DNA of 64,000 nucleotides, taken from positions 82,770-146,769 of the IMG/VR virus record IMGVR_UViG_3300033388_006651; one strand, given 5' to 3'. Shown one piece after another: positions 26,578 to 38,800 of this stretch. Within the stretch, counting starts at the first letter, position 1. The number at the start of each line of letters is the position of its first letter. Under the pieces are notes generated by a model. It made no database searches. It saw only the letters and a program-made list of their open reading frames with translations, and was not told the DNA's origin. Origin of the DNA: a virus. The position numbers and the translations under genes were made by a program.

Positions 26578-27291
26578 GTGGCACAATTCTCGAACTTTGC
26601 AGCCCTACTGAACTTGGGGGGAGGCGGCGGTGGCGGTGGCGACCTGGCCAGCGTCCTTGTTACTGGGAACACCACTGGTGTTGACGATATCGAGTTCAGC
26701 TCGGGAACTGGGATCGTCACAACGGGCAATGCTGTTGGCCCTGGTTTCGATCTGGGCATCACCGCAGGAGACTCCACCGCAGGAGCCTTTGACGGCGGCG
26801 ATCTCATCCTCAGTGGAGGGGCCGGCTCTGGCGGCAACCCCGATGGTGAAGTTCGCGTTGATGGCGATCTGACCGTCACGGGAACGCTGACCATGAGCAA
26901 TCTGCTCGTCGGAACAGGGACGCCCGAAGGAGCGGTAGCCGCTCCGCCTTCGACGTTGTTTCAACGAACGGACGGCGACAGTTCCACCAACGCAAACCTC
27001 TACGTCAAAATGTTGGGCGTTGGAGTGACCGGGTGGGCGCCTTTGGTGCCCCCGGTCTTCGAGACATTCGTCGCGGTCGGCGTCACCACCTTCGTGACGA
27101 GTCGAGCCGTGTTCCCTGACGCCGCTGGGGTGGGCATGGAGAACATCGCTGTCTTTTGGAACGGCGTCTACCAAAGGCTGGGTGCGTTGGACGACTACAC
27201 CATCGTGTTCGCCGGGGCCTTCGCCACCATCACTTTCACTTCGCTGCCACCGAACGGTGACTTCATCACCATCCGGTACTTGCCGGCCTAA
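26578..27291 (+). CDS. Gly-rich fibre-like structural protein
   Basis: LASVLVTGNTTG and GTPEGAVAAPPSTLFQRTDG...LYVK...TGW tail-fibre motifs. Confidence 0.75.
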   Translation: MAQFSNFAALLNLGGGGGGGGDLASVLVTGNTTGVDDIEFSSGTGIVTTGNAVGPGFDLGITAGDSTAGAFDGGDLILSGGAGSGGNPDGEVRVDGDLTVTGTLTMSNLLVGTGTPEGAVAAPPSTLFQRTDGDSSTNANLYVKMLGVGVTGWAPLVPPVFETFVAVGVTTFVTSRAVFPDAAGVGMENIAVFWNGVYQRLGALDDYTIVFAGAFATITFTSLPPNGDFITIRYLPA

Positions 27292-27339
27292 TCCACTGGC
27301 AATCGTAGCCGCACTCGTAGCCGCTGCAAGAAACACACC

Positions 27340-30300
27340 ATGGCACTCGCACCCACGAATCTTGATCCCGATGGCCAAATCCGGAACATGCTCGTCTACG
27401 ACGACGAGGTGCTCCCCGGCTCCGGACTCGAAGTCACTGGCGGTACGATCGAGGACAACCTCCACGGCATCATCTCGCAGATCAACCGCATCCTGAATGC
27501 GACGGCGGTTGGCAACGAATGGTGGGTCGATATCAACACGCCCTCCTCGTTCGAGAATGGTGCGAAGCGTGGTGTTCTTGATCTCAACACCGACCTGCAC
27601 GACCTCCAGCGTAAGCGCATCCTCAAGAGGGTCAGTGCGATCGCTCTGGATGTTCCGGTCACGACTGCCGCGACCTCGACGCTGACGGGTACTGCCAACT
27701 TCGCGAACACCGAGACGGTTACGATCGACGCCAAGGTTTACACGTTCCAGACCGTTCTGACGGACGTAGACGGCAACGTGGCGATCGGTGTTGACCTTGC
27801 CACGAGTCTTTCGAACCTGGCGGGCGCCATCAACCTCACGGGTGTCGCTGGTACCGATTACGCCACGTTGATGACGCTCCACCCGACGGTGTTTTCGTCG
27901 GCGATCACGGCCACCACGATGGTGGTTACGGCCAAGACACAGGGTGCCGCTGCTGACTCCATCGTTACGACCGAGACAGGCGCCAACGCTTCATGGCCTG
28001 GCGGCACGCTTGGAGCGGGAACCGGTGGTGGTAGCACGACCGATTTCATCGTTCTGGCCAACAGCCAGCTTCCGTCCACGACCACCGCGGCCATTGGATC
28101 CGTGACGACCCTGGGTCTTGTTGTTGCGACGGCGGGATCTTTCGGGACTGCTGGTAGCCTCGACGAGGTCACTGGTGCCAATGCCCTGCAACCGAAGAAC
28201 CTGTGGATCCTTGTGGATTCCGCTACCGGTGATCCTCTGACCCGTACGGGCGGAGTTGCCGATGACACCCAGGTCTACGGACTTGCACAAAGTCAGAGTG
28301 CCATTGATGGCTCGACCATCACGGGTGGTTCCGGCAACGGTTTGCAGATCAGTTTGGTGGTCCGCGACGGTGCGGGTGCTGATCTCGAACTGATCACCGC
28401 TGGTGATGTTCCAAGCTCGGTGACGATCGACTACGCATACGTGCGTCGTGACGCTTTCGAGGACTGCCCGGAAGAGGCATGGCTCGGTGGTGGGTTCGTC
28501 GATTCCGGTGTGTCCACCGCAACTCGTCAGGCGGCCTACGACAACCAGGGTGTTGGGGTCGTTACGACGGGTACGAACGCAACTCTCGACGTGGGTCTTG
28601 GGTTCATTTGGGAGATCGGCGATGGGGCCAGTGCGCCCGTGTTCACGGTCACCGAAGACTCGGGTGGTAGCGCGACTTCCGTAGTCATTGGAACTGCGGC
28701 GGACACGTACACGAACAATGCGCTCGATGTTGATTTCACGCAGGGTATCCAGGTCGATACCGACGCCACGATCAATCTCGGCATCACGGCGAACCAGATC
28801 GATTTCACGGCTGCCGGTAAGGTGACGGGAACCGGCACGATGCTGTTCACGGCCGACTCGGCCAACGTCACGGTGAGCACGACGACAGGCGGCAACGTGC
28901 TCCTGAGTTCGGCGGCAGCTATTGATGCGCAAGCTGTCGGAGCGGTCACGATCGACTCTTCCGGTGGTGCGATCGGTATCGGTACGGACGCGGACACCGG
29001 AGCCGTCAATGTCGGCACCGCAGGGGCCCGTGCGGTCACGGTTGGCAGCGTCACAGCAGGCACAACGCTTCTACTCAACTCCGGTTCGGCCGGTGTTGAT
29101 CTCAGTGCCCCTTCAAATCTTGGCGAACTATTCACGCTGACCAACACGGATGGCACCAACGGCCACGCTGTTGAGATGTTCGTCAACGACGTGACCACGA
29201 ACCCCGACACAGTGGGTGTTGCGGCTCCTGTTGGTTCTGTCATGTGGAAGGACTCTTCCGGTGGCGGCGTTGGTGTGGGTGAAGCGTGGCTCAAAACTGG
29301 CCCGAACGACGACGATTGGGAGCAAATCCAAACAGGCGCTGACACCTCCAACTCGCTCCAGCAAGCTTACGTGGCTGGCAACACCATTACGGTGGACTCG
29401 ACCGAAGGTGCTCTGGAGTTCATCGGCACGGTTGATGATGCGACTACGGTTCTGACTCTTACTGGTGGAAACCACACGGGTGCGACCGCTGGAAACATCC
29501 TTAACATCAGCAATGATGCCTCGGCGCTTGGCGATGCTGTCTTCATCAATAACCTTGGTGGCGGTTCCGCTATCGAGGTTCAGGATGGCGGCGTCGCGGT
29601 TATGGACATCGCAAGCACAGGTGCCGTTACGTTCACCCCGACTTCGGGAACGGATTTCACGGTTACGACGGCGGTTGCAGGCAATGTGGACATCAACGCG
29701 GGTACGGCGGTTACGATTGATGCAACGCTTGGTGGGATTTCTCTCGATGCAACGGGTGCTTCGAACTTCACGACCACTTCGGGCAGTTTGACCCTCAGCA
29801 CAGCGGATTCGACGGCTGGGCAGAACGTGGTCGTCTCCGCGGGTGATTCCTCGGTGGCAGCGACAGTCGGTGGTGCTATTTCGGTCACGGCCGGTGACGG
29901 CGCAACAACCGCAGCGGGCGGCGCTCTTGACTTGGATGCAGGTGCAGGTGGTGCAACCGGAACTGGTGGTGCTGTCACTTTTGACTCTGGTGCTGGTGGT
30001 GCAACATCCGGTGCTGGTGGTGCAATGACCTTCACCGCGGGTGCTGCGGCCACTTCGGGTGCCGGTGGTGTTTTCACCGCCACAGCAGGAGCCGGTGCTG
30101 GGAACGGCAGCGGCGGTGATATGGCCCTCGCTGCCGGCACGAACGGTGGAACTTTCCCAGGAATTGCGGGCATTGCAACCCTTACAGGTGGTGTCGGTGT
30201 AGCAGCCAGCGGAGGCGACGCGCGGTTGACAGGCGGTTCTGCGACAGTGGGCTCGGGTGGTCGTGCGCAGGTTACGGGAGGTGCTGGGGGTACTACTAAC

Positions 30301-32133
30301 GGCGACGGAGGTGATGTTCTTGTCACAGGTGGTGCCGGTGGTGTGACCAACGGCCAAGGTGGCGACATCATTATTGCCAGTGGTGTCGGGGCAGGTTCTG
30401 GTGGTGACGGCACCATCGACATCGGTATCACGGGTACTCCTCAGATCACGATCGGTGGCGCCACGATGGCGGACGGAATCAGTTTCGTTAGCGGGAGTGG
30501 CGAAGTGGACGCTTTCCTGTCTTACGACAACTCGGCAGGCACCCTTGGCGATGCCGCCTCAATTTACATTGGCGATTCGGATCCCACGGCTGCCACTTGG
30601 GGTGCGAATAACGCTTCGGAAAGCTCTCTGTTCCACCGTGGAACGGCAACGGCCGGTGAGCTTTGGCTGAAAACGGGGGCCGCGGCAACGGCGTGGACTC
30701 GGATCGCAACGACTGCCGATACCGGCTCCACATTGGAAGCTGCATGGACAGCCGCAACGGGTGCGGGTGCGACTCTGGGCACTTCTGGGTTCACGGGTCG
30801 AATCACCGACACGGACATTTATCTCATCGAGACGCTGACCACGAATGACCGGTTGCTGTCTTTGGCGGCGGTTGCAGGTGCAGATGTGGTGGGCATCGGA
30901 AACTCCATCGGGGCCTCCGTTCTTGACCTGGACTCGGGTACAGGCGGCACGGCCATCGACTCGACGGGTTCAATCGACATCACCAGTTCTCTTGCTGGGG
31001 TTTCGATTGATGCGACGGGGGGTGGTAACTTCACCACCGTTGGTGGCGACCTGACTCTGAGCACAGGGAACACAGGTGTCGCTGCTGACGTTGTGGTCTC
31101 TGCGGGCGATTCGTCCACGGCAACCACGATTGGTGGTGGGGTCTCAGTCACAACAGGAGACGGCAACACCACAGGCGCAGGCGGTGTCCTTGCACTCACA
31201 GGTGGCCTTGGTGGAGCAACTGACGCCAGCGCTGGCGGTGCCATCAACATCACGAGTGGCTCCAGCGCAGCGGCCAACGGAAACAGCGGTGCCATCAACA
31301 TCGAAGCTGGTGCCGAAACAGGCACGGGTTCCGAAGGTGCCATCAGCATCGGTGCAGTGAACGCAGGTGCGATGCTCATCGGCATCAACGGTGGCGGGGT
31401 GCGAATCGCAGATTCTTTGAGCCTTGGTTCCACGGCGGGCATAAGCGCTACCGCGGACACCACCATCACGTTGACCACTTCGGACATCGCGGATGCTTCG
31501 GGCAGCGACATTTCGGTCAATGCGGCCACCTCTTCTGGTGCGGGCAACGACGGTGCTTCCATCCGACTCCTTCCTGGTGATGGTGGAACCACGGGTGCTC
31601 ACGGTTCCGTGGATATCGACGGTGCTTTCGATGCGGACGAAGCCTTCCTTACGCTGACGGGTAGCGGTGCTTCGGGCAACTCTGATCTCTATGCTGGTTC
31701 GACACTGCCTGCTCACACGGCGGCTGCCGGCTCGTTATACTTCCGCAACGTCGGGTCGGGCCTCACCGGAGGCTCTGTCTACGTTCAGGTTGATGCTTCT
31801 ACGGCGGGTGAGGGTTCGGATTGGGAGCAACTCGCGAGCAGTGGTGCTGCCCTCACCCGTCAGCACTTCCAAACGACGATGTTTGCGGACGTGTCGGCGG
31901 GCAGCCCCATCAACACCGCGGCCATCAACGGAACGATGCCGTCCAAGCCGGCTTCGGGTTTCACGTTCAACGACGACACGGACATGTACCTCAACGGGAT
32001 CATCCTCTTCAACGGGACGGAGGTTGAGGACGGTACGGGTGATGACATCGATGTGACCGCCATCACGGGTCCCACGTTCCGCGTCGATGACGTGATCACC
32101 ATCATCTACTACACGAACTCCACTGCCGGGTAA
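27340..32133 (+). CDS. Giant (1597 aa) Gly/Thr/Ala-rich fibre-like virion protein
   Basis: Repeated GG.(V/I).(I/L).AG units; three GS(L/V)-type W-ending knob motifs. Confidence 0.8.
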   Translation: MALAPTNLDPDGQIRNMLVYDDEVLPGSGLEVTGGTIEDNLHGIISQINRILNATAVGNEWWVDINTPSSFENGAKRGVLDLNTDLHDLQRKRILKRVSAIALDVPVTTAATSTLTGTANFANTETVTIDAKVYTFQTVLTDVDGNVAIGVDLATSLSNLAGAINLTGVAGTDYATLMTLHPTVFSSAITATTMVVTAKTQGAAADSIVTTETGANASWPGGTLGAGTGGGSTTDFIVLANSQLPSTTTAAIGSVTTLGLVVATAGSFGTAGSLDEVTGANALQPKNLWILVDSATGDPLTRTGGVADDTQVYGLAQSQSAIDGSTITGGSGNGLQISLVVRDGAGADLELITAGDVPSSVTIDYAYVRRDAFEDCPEEAWLGGGFVDSGVSTATRQAAYDNQGVGVVTTGTNATLDVGLGFIWEIGDGASAPVFTVTEDSGGSATSVVIGTAADTYTNNALDVDFTQGIQVDTDATINLGITANQIDFTAAGKVTGTGTMLFTADSANVTVSTTTGGNVLLSSAAAIDAQAVGAVTIDSSGGAIGIGTDADTGAVNVGTAGARAVTVGSVTAGTTLLLNSGSAGVDLSAPSNLGELFTLTNTDGTNGHAVEMFVNDVTTNPDTVGVAAPVGSVMWKDSSGGGVGVGEAWLKTGPNDDDWEQIQTGADTSNSLQQAYVAGNTITVDSTEGALEFIGTVDDATTVLTLTGGNHTGATAGNILNISNDASALGDAVFINNLGGGSAIEVQDGGVAVMDIASTGAVTFTPTSGTDFTVTTAVAGNVDINAGTAVTIDATLGGISLDATGASNFTTTSGSLTLSTADSTAGQNVVVSAGDSSVAATVGGAISVTAGDGATTAAGGALDLDAGAGGATGTGGAVTFDSGAGGATSGAGGAMTFTAGAAATSGAGGVFTATAGAGAGNGSGGDMALAAGTNGGTFPGIAGIATLTGGVGVAASGGDARLTGGSATVGSGGRAQVTGGAGGTTNGDGGDVLVTGGAGGVTNGQGGDIIIASGVGAGSGGDGTIDIGITGTPQITIGGATMADGISFVSGSGEVDAFLSYDNSAGTLGDAASIYIGDSDPTAATWGANNASESSLFHRGTATAGELWLKTGAAATAWTRIATTADTGSTLEAAWTAATGAGATLGTSGFTGRITDTDIYLIETLTTNDRLLSLAAVAGADVVGIGNSIGASVLDLDSGTGGTAIDSTGSIDITSSLAGVSIDATGGGNFTTVGGDLTLSTGNTGVAADVVVSAGDSSTATTIGGGVSVTTGDGNTTGAGGVLALTGGLGGATDASAGGAINITSGSSAAANGNSGAINIEAGAETGTGSEGAISIGAVNAGAMLIGINGGGVRIADSLSLGSTAGISATADTTITLTTSDIADASGSDISVNAATSSGAGNDGASIRLLPGDGGTTGAHGSVDIDGAFDADEAFLTLTGSGASGNSDLYAGSTLPAHTAAAGSLYFRNVGSGLTGGSVYVQVDASTAGEGSDWEQLASSGAALTRQHFQTTMFADVSAGSPINTAAINGTMPSKPASGFTFNDDTDMYLNGIILFNGTEVEDGTGDDIDVTAITGPTFRVDDVITIIYYTNSTAG

Positions 32134-32147
32134 CCGGTGAACTAGGG

Positions 32148-32173
32148 GCCCCCGGTCAGTGACCGGGGGTTTT
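32148..32173 (+). terminator. Intrinsic terminator
   Basis: GCCCCCGGTC-AGT-GACCGGGGGT followed by TTT. Confidence 0.7.
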
Positions 32174-32206
32174 CAGGGCTGTGCAAAACAAATGGGAGAA
32201 AACAAA

Positions 32207-32770
32207 ATGCCGGACGGAAACCGACTTCGAGAGCAAGTCGATGACATGACCATGCGGGCCGAAGTGAGCGCTGCCGTGGCCAAGGATCATCAAAAGATCA
32301 CAATCGATCGCCAAAACCTAGCGAATCGAGAGCTCCAAAAACTGCGTCTTTTGGCGGGGGTTTTTGCGATGGGGGAACAGGTCCTTCGGCAAAAGCAGAA
32401 GAGTCTTCTCGAAGGCGACGAAACGCCCAACGAAATCGCACTCGGTGGGCTCGAGGACGCGATCGTCAACGTGCTGGGACTTGCCAAGCAGGCCGACCGC
32501 CACATTTCACATAACGAAGGGGCTGTGGCTGCACTTCAAGCCATGGAAGAGACCTTTCGACAAAAGGCCCAGGACGCAACGTCCAGAGCCCGTGGGATGG
32601 GCGTGGTGGGGAAACGAGCCATCGGGGTCGCGGAGTCCCGGAACCCTCCCCAAACCGCTCAGGGAGCGCCTCAGAGCCTTGACCAGACACCCCTGGCCTC
32701 TTCGGCTCAGGGGGTCAGTCCCCTGTCGGGTTTTTTCGACGCGACGCCCACCGTCCGCACGTCGGACTGA
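32207..32770 (+). CDS. Coiled-coil hypothetical protein (possible fibre chaperone)
   Basis: GGAG RBS; helical; sits between fibre genes. Confidence 0.65.
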   Translation: MPDGNRLREQVDDMTMRAEVSAAVAKDHQKITIDRQNLANRELQKLRLLAGVFAMGEQVLRQKQKSLLEGDETPNEIALGGLEDAIVNVLGLAKQADRHISHNEGAVAALQAMEETFRQKAQDATSRARGMGVVGKRAIGVAESRNPPQTAQGAPQSLDQTPLASSAQGVSPLSGFFDATPTVRTSD

Positions 32771-32850
32771 TTCCGCGAAAGAGCCTATGAGCCGCCCCTA
32801 AGCAGGGGTGGCCTCTAGGCGGTCACCCCGCGAACGGAGCCTAAGTAACC

Positions 32851-35800
32851 ATGGCAAACCCTCCCGCCAATCGACGCCCAGGTGTAGACGCCGACATTTT
32901 TCAAGGAACGTGGCTCCGCGGATTCGACGTGCCGGCGGGCAACAACGATCCCGCTGCGAATCCTTGCGATCTGATCATCTCGAACGGCAAAAGTCAGATC
33001 GACGAGACCGTCTCCGATCTGTACATCTGGAACAGGACGCTAGATCGGGAACAGCCCATGTTCATCTTCGCGGTGGGGAACGACTTTACGTCCCTCGTTG
33101 CAAAGTTTGGCGTTTACGCGGGAGTTCTGCCTGATCCTAACGGGATCCTCACGGATGAGATCGGGTCGCTTTACCTTTCCAACAATCCGGCTGCTCTTTG
33201 GCAGAACCAAAACGGCGGCGACACTTGGGAAAAGATCTCCGACGACCTCGGTGGGGAGAGCCTCCAGGAGACGTTGGCCATCGGCAACGTCACCGGCGGT
33301 TTCAACCTCCAAGTCACCAACGGTGACTTCATCATTGGTGTAGAGAACAGCACCGGTGGTACTGGCGCTGATGTCCAGGTCTTTGGTGGTCCCGCTACTG
33401 GGATAACTGGAGACGGTGGCCAAGCCGTCATCGTCGGAGGCACTTCGGTTGGCGGCAACACGGGTGCTGTTGGGGTGTTCTCTCGAGACACCACCAACGC
33501 TGGAGTTTCAGGCAACGTTAATGTCCGTACCGGTACTTCCCTGTTGGGTGGCAACAGCGGTAGCATCGACATGCGGACTGGCAACACGGGAGCTCCTGGA
33601 ATTCTCGGCGTCAGCGGTGTTTTCGGGTTCATCGGTGGTGATTCGCTCACGACAGGTGCGCTTGGAGTAGGTGGCCAGCTCTTTGCTCGAGGTGGTAGCG
33701 CAACCGAGGACGGTCAGGGCGGCAACATGCTGCTCTACGCTGGCCATGCGGTTACCGTACCGCCAGCTCCGTTCATTCCGGTCAACGCTGCGGGACAGGG
33801 CGGCAACGTCCTTCTCCAGAGTGGCAACTCGTCCGGCACTCGGGCCGGTGGCCTTGTTGTTCTGACGGGTGGCACGGGAGGGTCGAGCGGAGGAGTCGGT
33901 GGCACCATCATTCTCGACCCCGGTGCGGGAGGTGGTGGCGCCGGTGACGGTGAGGTCGTCGCCACAAAAGTTCTGCGTGCCGACAACATCAAGCGCGGGG
34001 ATTCGGATCCCAACTCAGTCGTCTCCGGCAACGAAGGTGATGTCTACCAGCGCACGCAGGGTGGGATTGGTCAGGTGTGGGTCAACACCAACGGTTCGAT
34101 CACGGGTTGGAAACAGCTCGCGTTCGCTGGTGATCTGGTTGAAGCCCTCCAGCAAATGCAGAACGGCTATGTGTCGCCGTCCATGATGGGGTTCGGAGGC
34201 ACAGACGAAGAACTCTACAGTGACGTAGGACTCTACAAGGGCCTTCGCACTGACGAAAGTCTGGGAGGCACGGTCGATGGCTCTTTCGTTGACAGTGGTC
34301 CTGTTCTCCGTTTTGCGGTCTCTGAATCAATTGGCGCTCTAAACCAACGTGCCGGTTTGGACATGATCACATCCGGGGTCATGGGACCTGGTGTGCGTCT
34401 TGAAAATCGGTTCTTCGCTACCTTTGCGTTCAATACCCGTTCCCTGGACTCGAACACTTGCCGGTTTTTCCTTGGATTGACCGGCAACACGTTGGCGGCC
34501 CAACTGGGCACGGATCTACCTGGCGGTGATTACATCGGGTTCATGCGCAGCAACTTGAACGCCAACTGGTTGGTGGTTCATCGTGGCGGAGGTGCCGCGA
34601 ATTTTGCCAACACGGGCATCGCAAAAACCACGACGGACGTTGATACGGACGTTTACTATTTCATCGTTGACGCCACGGATGGTTTAACTCCGCTCGTTCG
34701 GTTCTTCATTCTTGATCCGGACCTGAACGTCATCAGTAGCATCACGGTCAATTCGGATCTTCCTGATGTCACGGCGACTGAGTTGTGGCCCGCAGTGGGT
34801 GTTCAAAACGTCAATGGTGCGGGTGGCGGAACCTCTTTCCTCAAAATGTCCCATGCGGGCATCACCACCAAAGCGGCGACTGTTGCCCAAGGTGGGGGAA
34901 CTGGCACCGGTGGCCTCACGCTTGGTCAAGTTCTCCTCAACGGGAACCAAACCGACGCCATACTCATCGAGGTCAACCAAGGTAGCGGCCTGTTGGGCGT
35001 CGTGGACGACAACGCTGGAGACGGTGCCGATGTCCTTGTCTTCGGTGGTGCGACGACCCTGGTCGGCAACGACACTGGCGGCGTCATTGTTGCGTCCGGT
35101 AGTGCTTTCGGAGGCGGGGCCGAAGGGGCCGGAGCCACGACGGGCGCTCTCGTTCTGACATCCGGATTCCAGCTTGTTGTCACGACTCTTGGCGACACCG
35201 GCATCGTCGATATTCAGAGCGGTGACCATGCCGGCACTGATGGCACGACGGGTGACTTTTTTCTTCGTACCGGTGGTTTCACCAACGGCGCTGCGGGTAC
35301 TCGGGTTCAGGGCGACATTCTGATCGCCGCTGGATCGTTCATTCCGAACACGGCAACGACCACCGGTGAGATCATCATCAAGGGTGGTAGCTCGAGCCTC
35401 ACGGGCGTGGATGGTGGCGATGTCACCATCATGTCGGGTGAGAACAATTCGGCGATCGGCGACACGGGTGACATCGACATCGAGACCTTCGATGCGAACC
35501 TGGATGGTGACTCCGGTGTCCTGGAGTTGGCCACTGGTACGGGCGGCTCGAACGCTGGTGACTCGGGTTTCCTTACACTCGCAACTGGGGCCGCGATTGC
35601 CGGCAGTTCTGGCGCCATCGGATTCGGTACGGGTGCTGCGGGTAACGGCGCAGCCGGCGGCATCCTGATGCTTATCGGTGACAGCACCGTGGGGAATGGT
35701 AGCGCAATCGCTCTGTTCTCCGGCACCACCACGGACGCGGCTGGTTTTGGTGGAGACATCGAATTTACTCCGGGCACCGGTCCTCTTGGGGACGGTGCGG

Positions 35801-38800
35801 TCATCATCAACGGCAAGTTGACGGTCACGGGTGCGATCGATCCGACCGCGCTTCTCCTGGACGGACAGGCCGTCATCCCGCCAGAAGTCGTACCCACTGC
35901 TTCGCAGGGAACCCTGTGGGTCGATAACACCGGGGCCACCGGTCAACTGATTTACACGAACTCGGACGGCGACAACAACATCAGCACCGGCGGCGGCGTG
36001 ACCACCCTCGATGCTCTGACCGATGTGACGGTTACGGGGCCGGCTGCTGGCGAAGTCCTCATGTTGGATGGGGCGCTCCAGTGGGTGAACGCGGCTGGGG
36101 CCGGTGGTTCTCCGCTCGCTACTATTTTGGCAATCGGCAACACGACGGGAGCCATTCCCATCGTGATCGAAGATTCGCTGGGAGCTCGTCTCACTTCGGA
36201 CGGTGATTTGGTACTGGACCCGTCGGTGACACCCGGTGATGCGGTCGTCATCGATGGTCTTCGTTGGCCCGAGGCTGATGGCGCTGGGGGCTTCGTGCTC
36301 ACGACCAATGGCATCGGGCAGCTCAGTTTCCAGGCCCCTGGTGGGTCGAGTGGTCTTTCGTTCGCTGAGTCCTTCACCCGTATGCAGTGGGGCTCCATCC
36401 AGCCTTCTCTGGGTGTCGTGAACTCGACGGGCATTTTTGCTCCGGCCTTTGAGATCGGCTCTGTACTGACCACCAGCGATACGGTTGAGGGCGTACGTCG
36501 GAACTTCTCGACGGCTGCGATTGCGGCGGATGAAGCTGGTGTGCAGGGTGTCGGTAGTGGCATCACGATCGGCTCGCTCCCATTCGTCACCATCAAGTTC
36601 GATGGTGTGACACCTGATACGGGGGTCCGCTTTTTCGCGGGTTTGACGAACGACCTGACTCCGCTGAACACACCTACGGTTCAGTTGAATAGTGCGTTGC
36701 CGGCTCGGCGTTACATCGGTGTTCAGATTTACACGGACGTTCCCCAGACAACGCTTCAGTTCGTCACGGATGACTCCACGGGAGCGCCGCTGACCTTCAA
36801 CACGACGATCTCCCCAGCCGGCTTGGTTGGGTTGACGTTGACCATTGATGGCACGACGGCTGGCCAAGTCACGTTGACCTTGTACGACAGCACGGGGGCT
36901 CAGCTTTCCACGACTACGTTCGCTGCGAATCTGCCAACAGCCACGGCGGCACTTTACCCGTTCTGTGCTGCGCACACGATCGACGGAATCGTCAAATCGT
37001 CGGCGATGTATGTGATGCAGGGGGTGACTCGAGCCGACCTGCTTAACGCGGCCGGCGGAGGCGGTGGAAACCAAGATCTCACGTCTGTCCTTGGCTTCGG
37101 AGCCAATACTGGCGGCATCCCGATTCAGGGAGACGACAACGCTGGCGGTGGTGGCGGAGGTCTCGACCTCATCGCCGGCAGTTCCACGGGCGGTGGCGGC
37201 AGCGGTGGCGATGTCACTGTGCTGGGTGGTTCTCCTGATCCGGCTGGCAACGGCAGCGGTGGGAGTACGTTCTTCACGGCGGCTGACGGTGCGGGTACTG
37301 GCATCGGTGGTGAGCTCATTTTCAATGCTGGTGAGGGCGGCGTTCTAGGAGGCAACGGTGGTAACATCGCCTTCACTCCGGGTGCTGGTCCCGGTGCGGC
37401 ATCGGCAGATGGCGGCTCCTTCTTCGTCTTCGGAGCGCCTGGTGGTGGCACCGGTGGTGACGGTGGTCGGGTGGGAATCGTGGCCGGCGATGCTCTTGCG
37501 GGTAACTTCGACGGAGGCCCTATCGAGTTCTCGGCCGGTGACGCTTCTGGCACCGGTATCGGTGGTGAATTCATCTTCAATGCTGGTGACGGCGGCGCCG
37601 GTGGTGGTGATGGTGGTTCCCTCACCCTCACGGCGGGTGCCGGATTGGGCGGCGGCTCCGATGGTGTCATTACGCTTGATGGGGAAGTCTTCATCACCGG
37701 CAAGTTGAACGTCACTGGGATGATCGATCCGCCTGGGCTCCTTATGTCGAGCTCGGGAGTCATCCCGTTCACGCCTGTTGGTACCGAGGGCGGCATCTGG
37801 GTCAACAACGCAGGTGAGCTGATTTTCTCGAACCTCGGCGGCGACCTGAACCTGTCCACGGCCATCGGCGGTGGCATGACGTTCCTGGACGCCCTCCTGA
37901 CGGCCCAGTACGGTTTCCTGGGACCGGGCAACACCTTCGGGGGACCACAGAGCTACGGAGTCTTCGGAAGCTCTGTGAACACCGCTGTGAGCCCTGGACC
38001 GCCTCCCGCTTCGGCGACGATCGGCCAGGACAGCGATGGGCCGTTCCTCAACCTGGCGGTGGCCGCCGATGCTGGTGGATCCGAGGTGTTCCTCGGGACG
38101 CTCGATCTGCAAATCCAGCGGGATTCGCAGTTCAAGGCTCGGTTCAAGTTCCAAGTCACGTCGCCTGCACACACGGACGAGCGCATCTTTATCGGTTACA
38201 CCGACGATGCGACATCCACGACCCCGAGCCCGCAGCTTGCATTGGATCACCCGGTTCCGGGCCTCCAGTACATGGCTCTTGCTCAGAGTCTTGCCGGGTT
38301 CAACCTCGAGTTCGTGGCCCAAGGCTCCGGTGGTGCGATGGGGGCGGTGTTCGCCATCCCGACCGACGCACTGGTCCACTACTTCGAGATCGATGCCAGC
38401 GCTGCTAGCGGAGATGTGACGTTCAGGGTGTACGCGGCTGATGGGGTTACCATCGAAGCCGCCCACACGGAGCTGGCGTCATTCCTGCTTCCTGATCTGT
38501 CTCTTCCCACACGTCCGTTCATCGGCATCACCAACAGCACGACGACCACGACGCCACGTTCGCTCGATTTCTACGATGCGACCGTCGTCACTCGGGCCGA
38601 CGTTGTGGATGCGGTCACGGGTGGTGGTTCCGGCGGAACCTCAACGCTCAGCGCAGTGCTCGCATCCGGCAACACGACGGGTGCCAATGGCATCGAGTTC
38701 TCGTTGTTGAACACGGGGATTACGACTGAGACCAACGCGGGCGGCAACGGCCAAGACCTTCTCATCGCAGCCGGTGACGCCGGTGCTGCCACGAGTTCGG

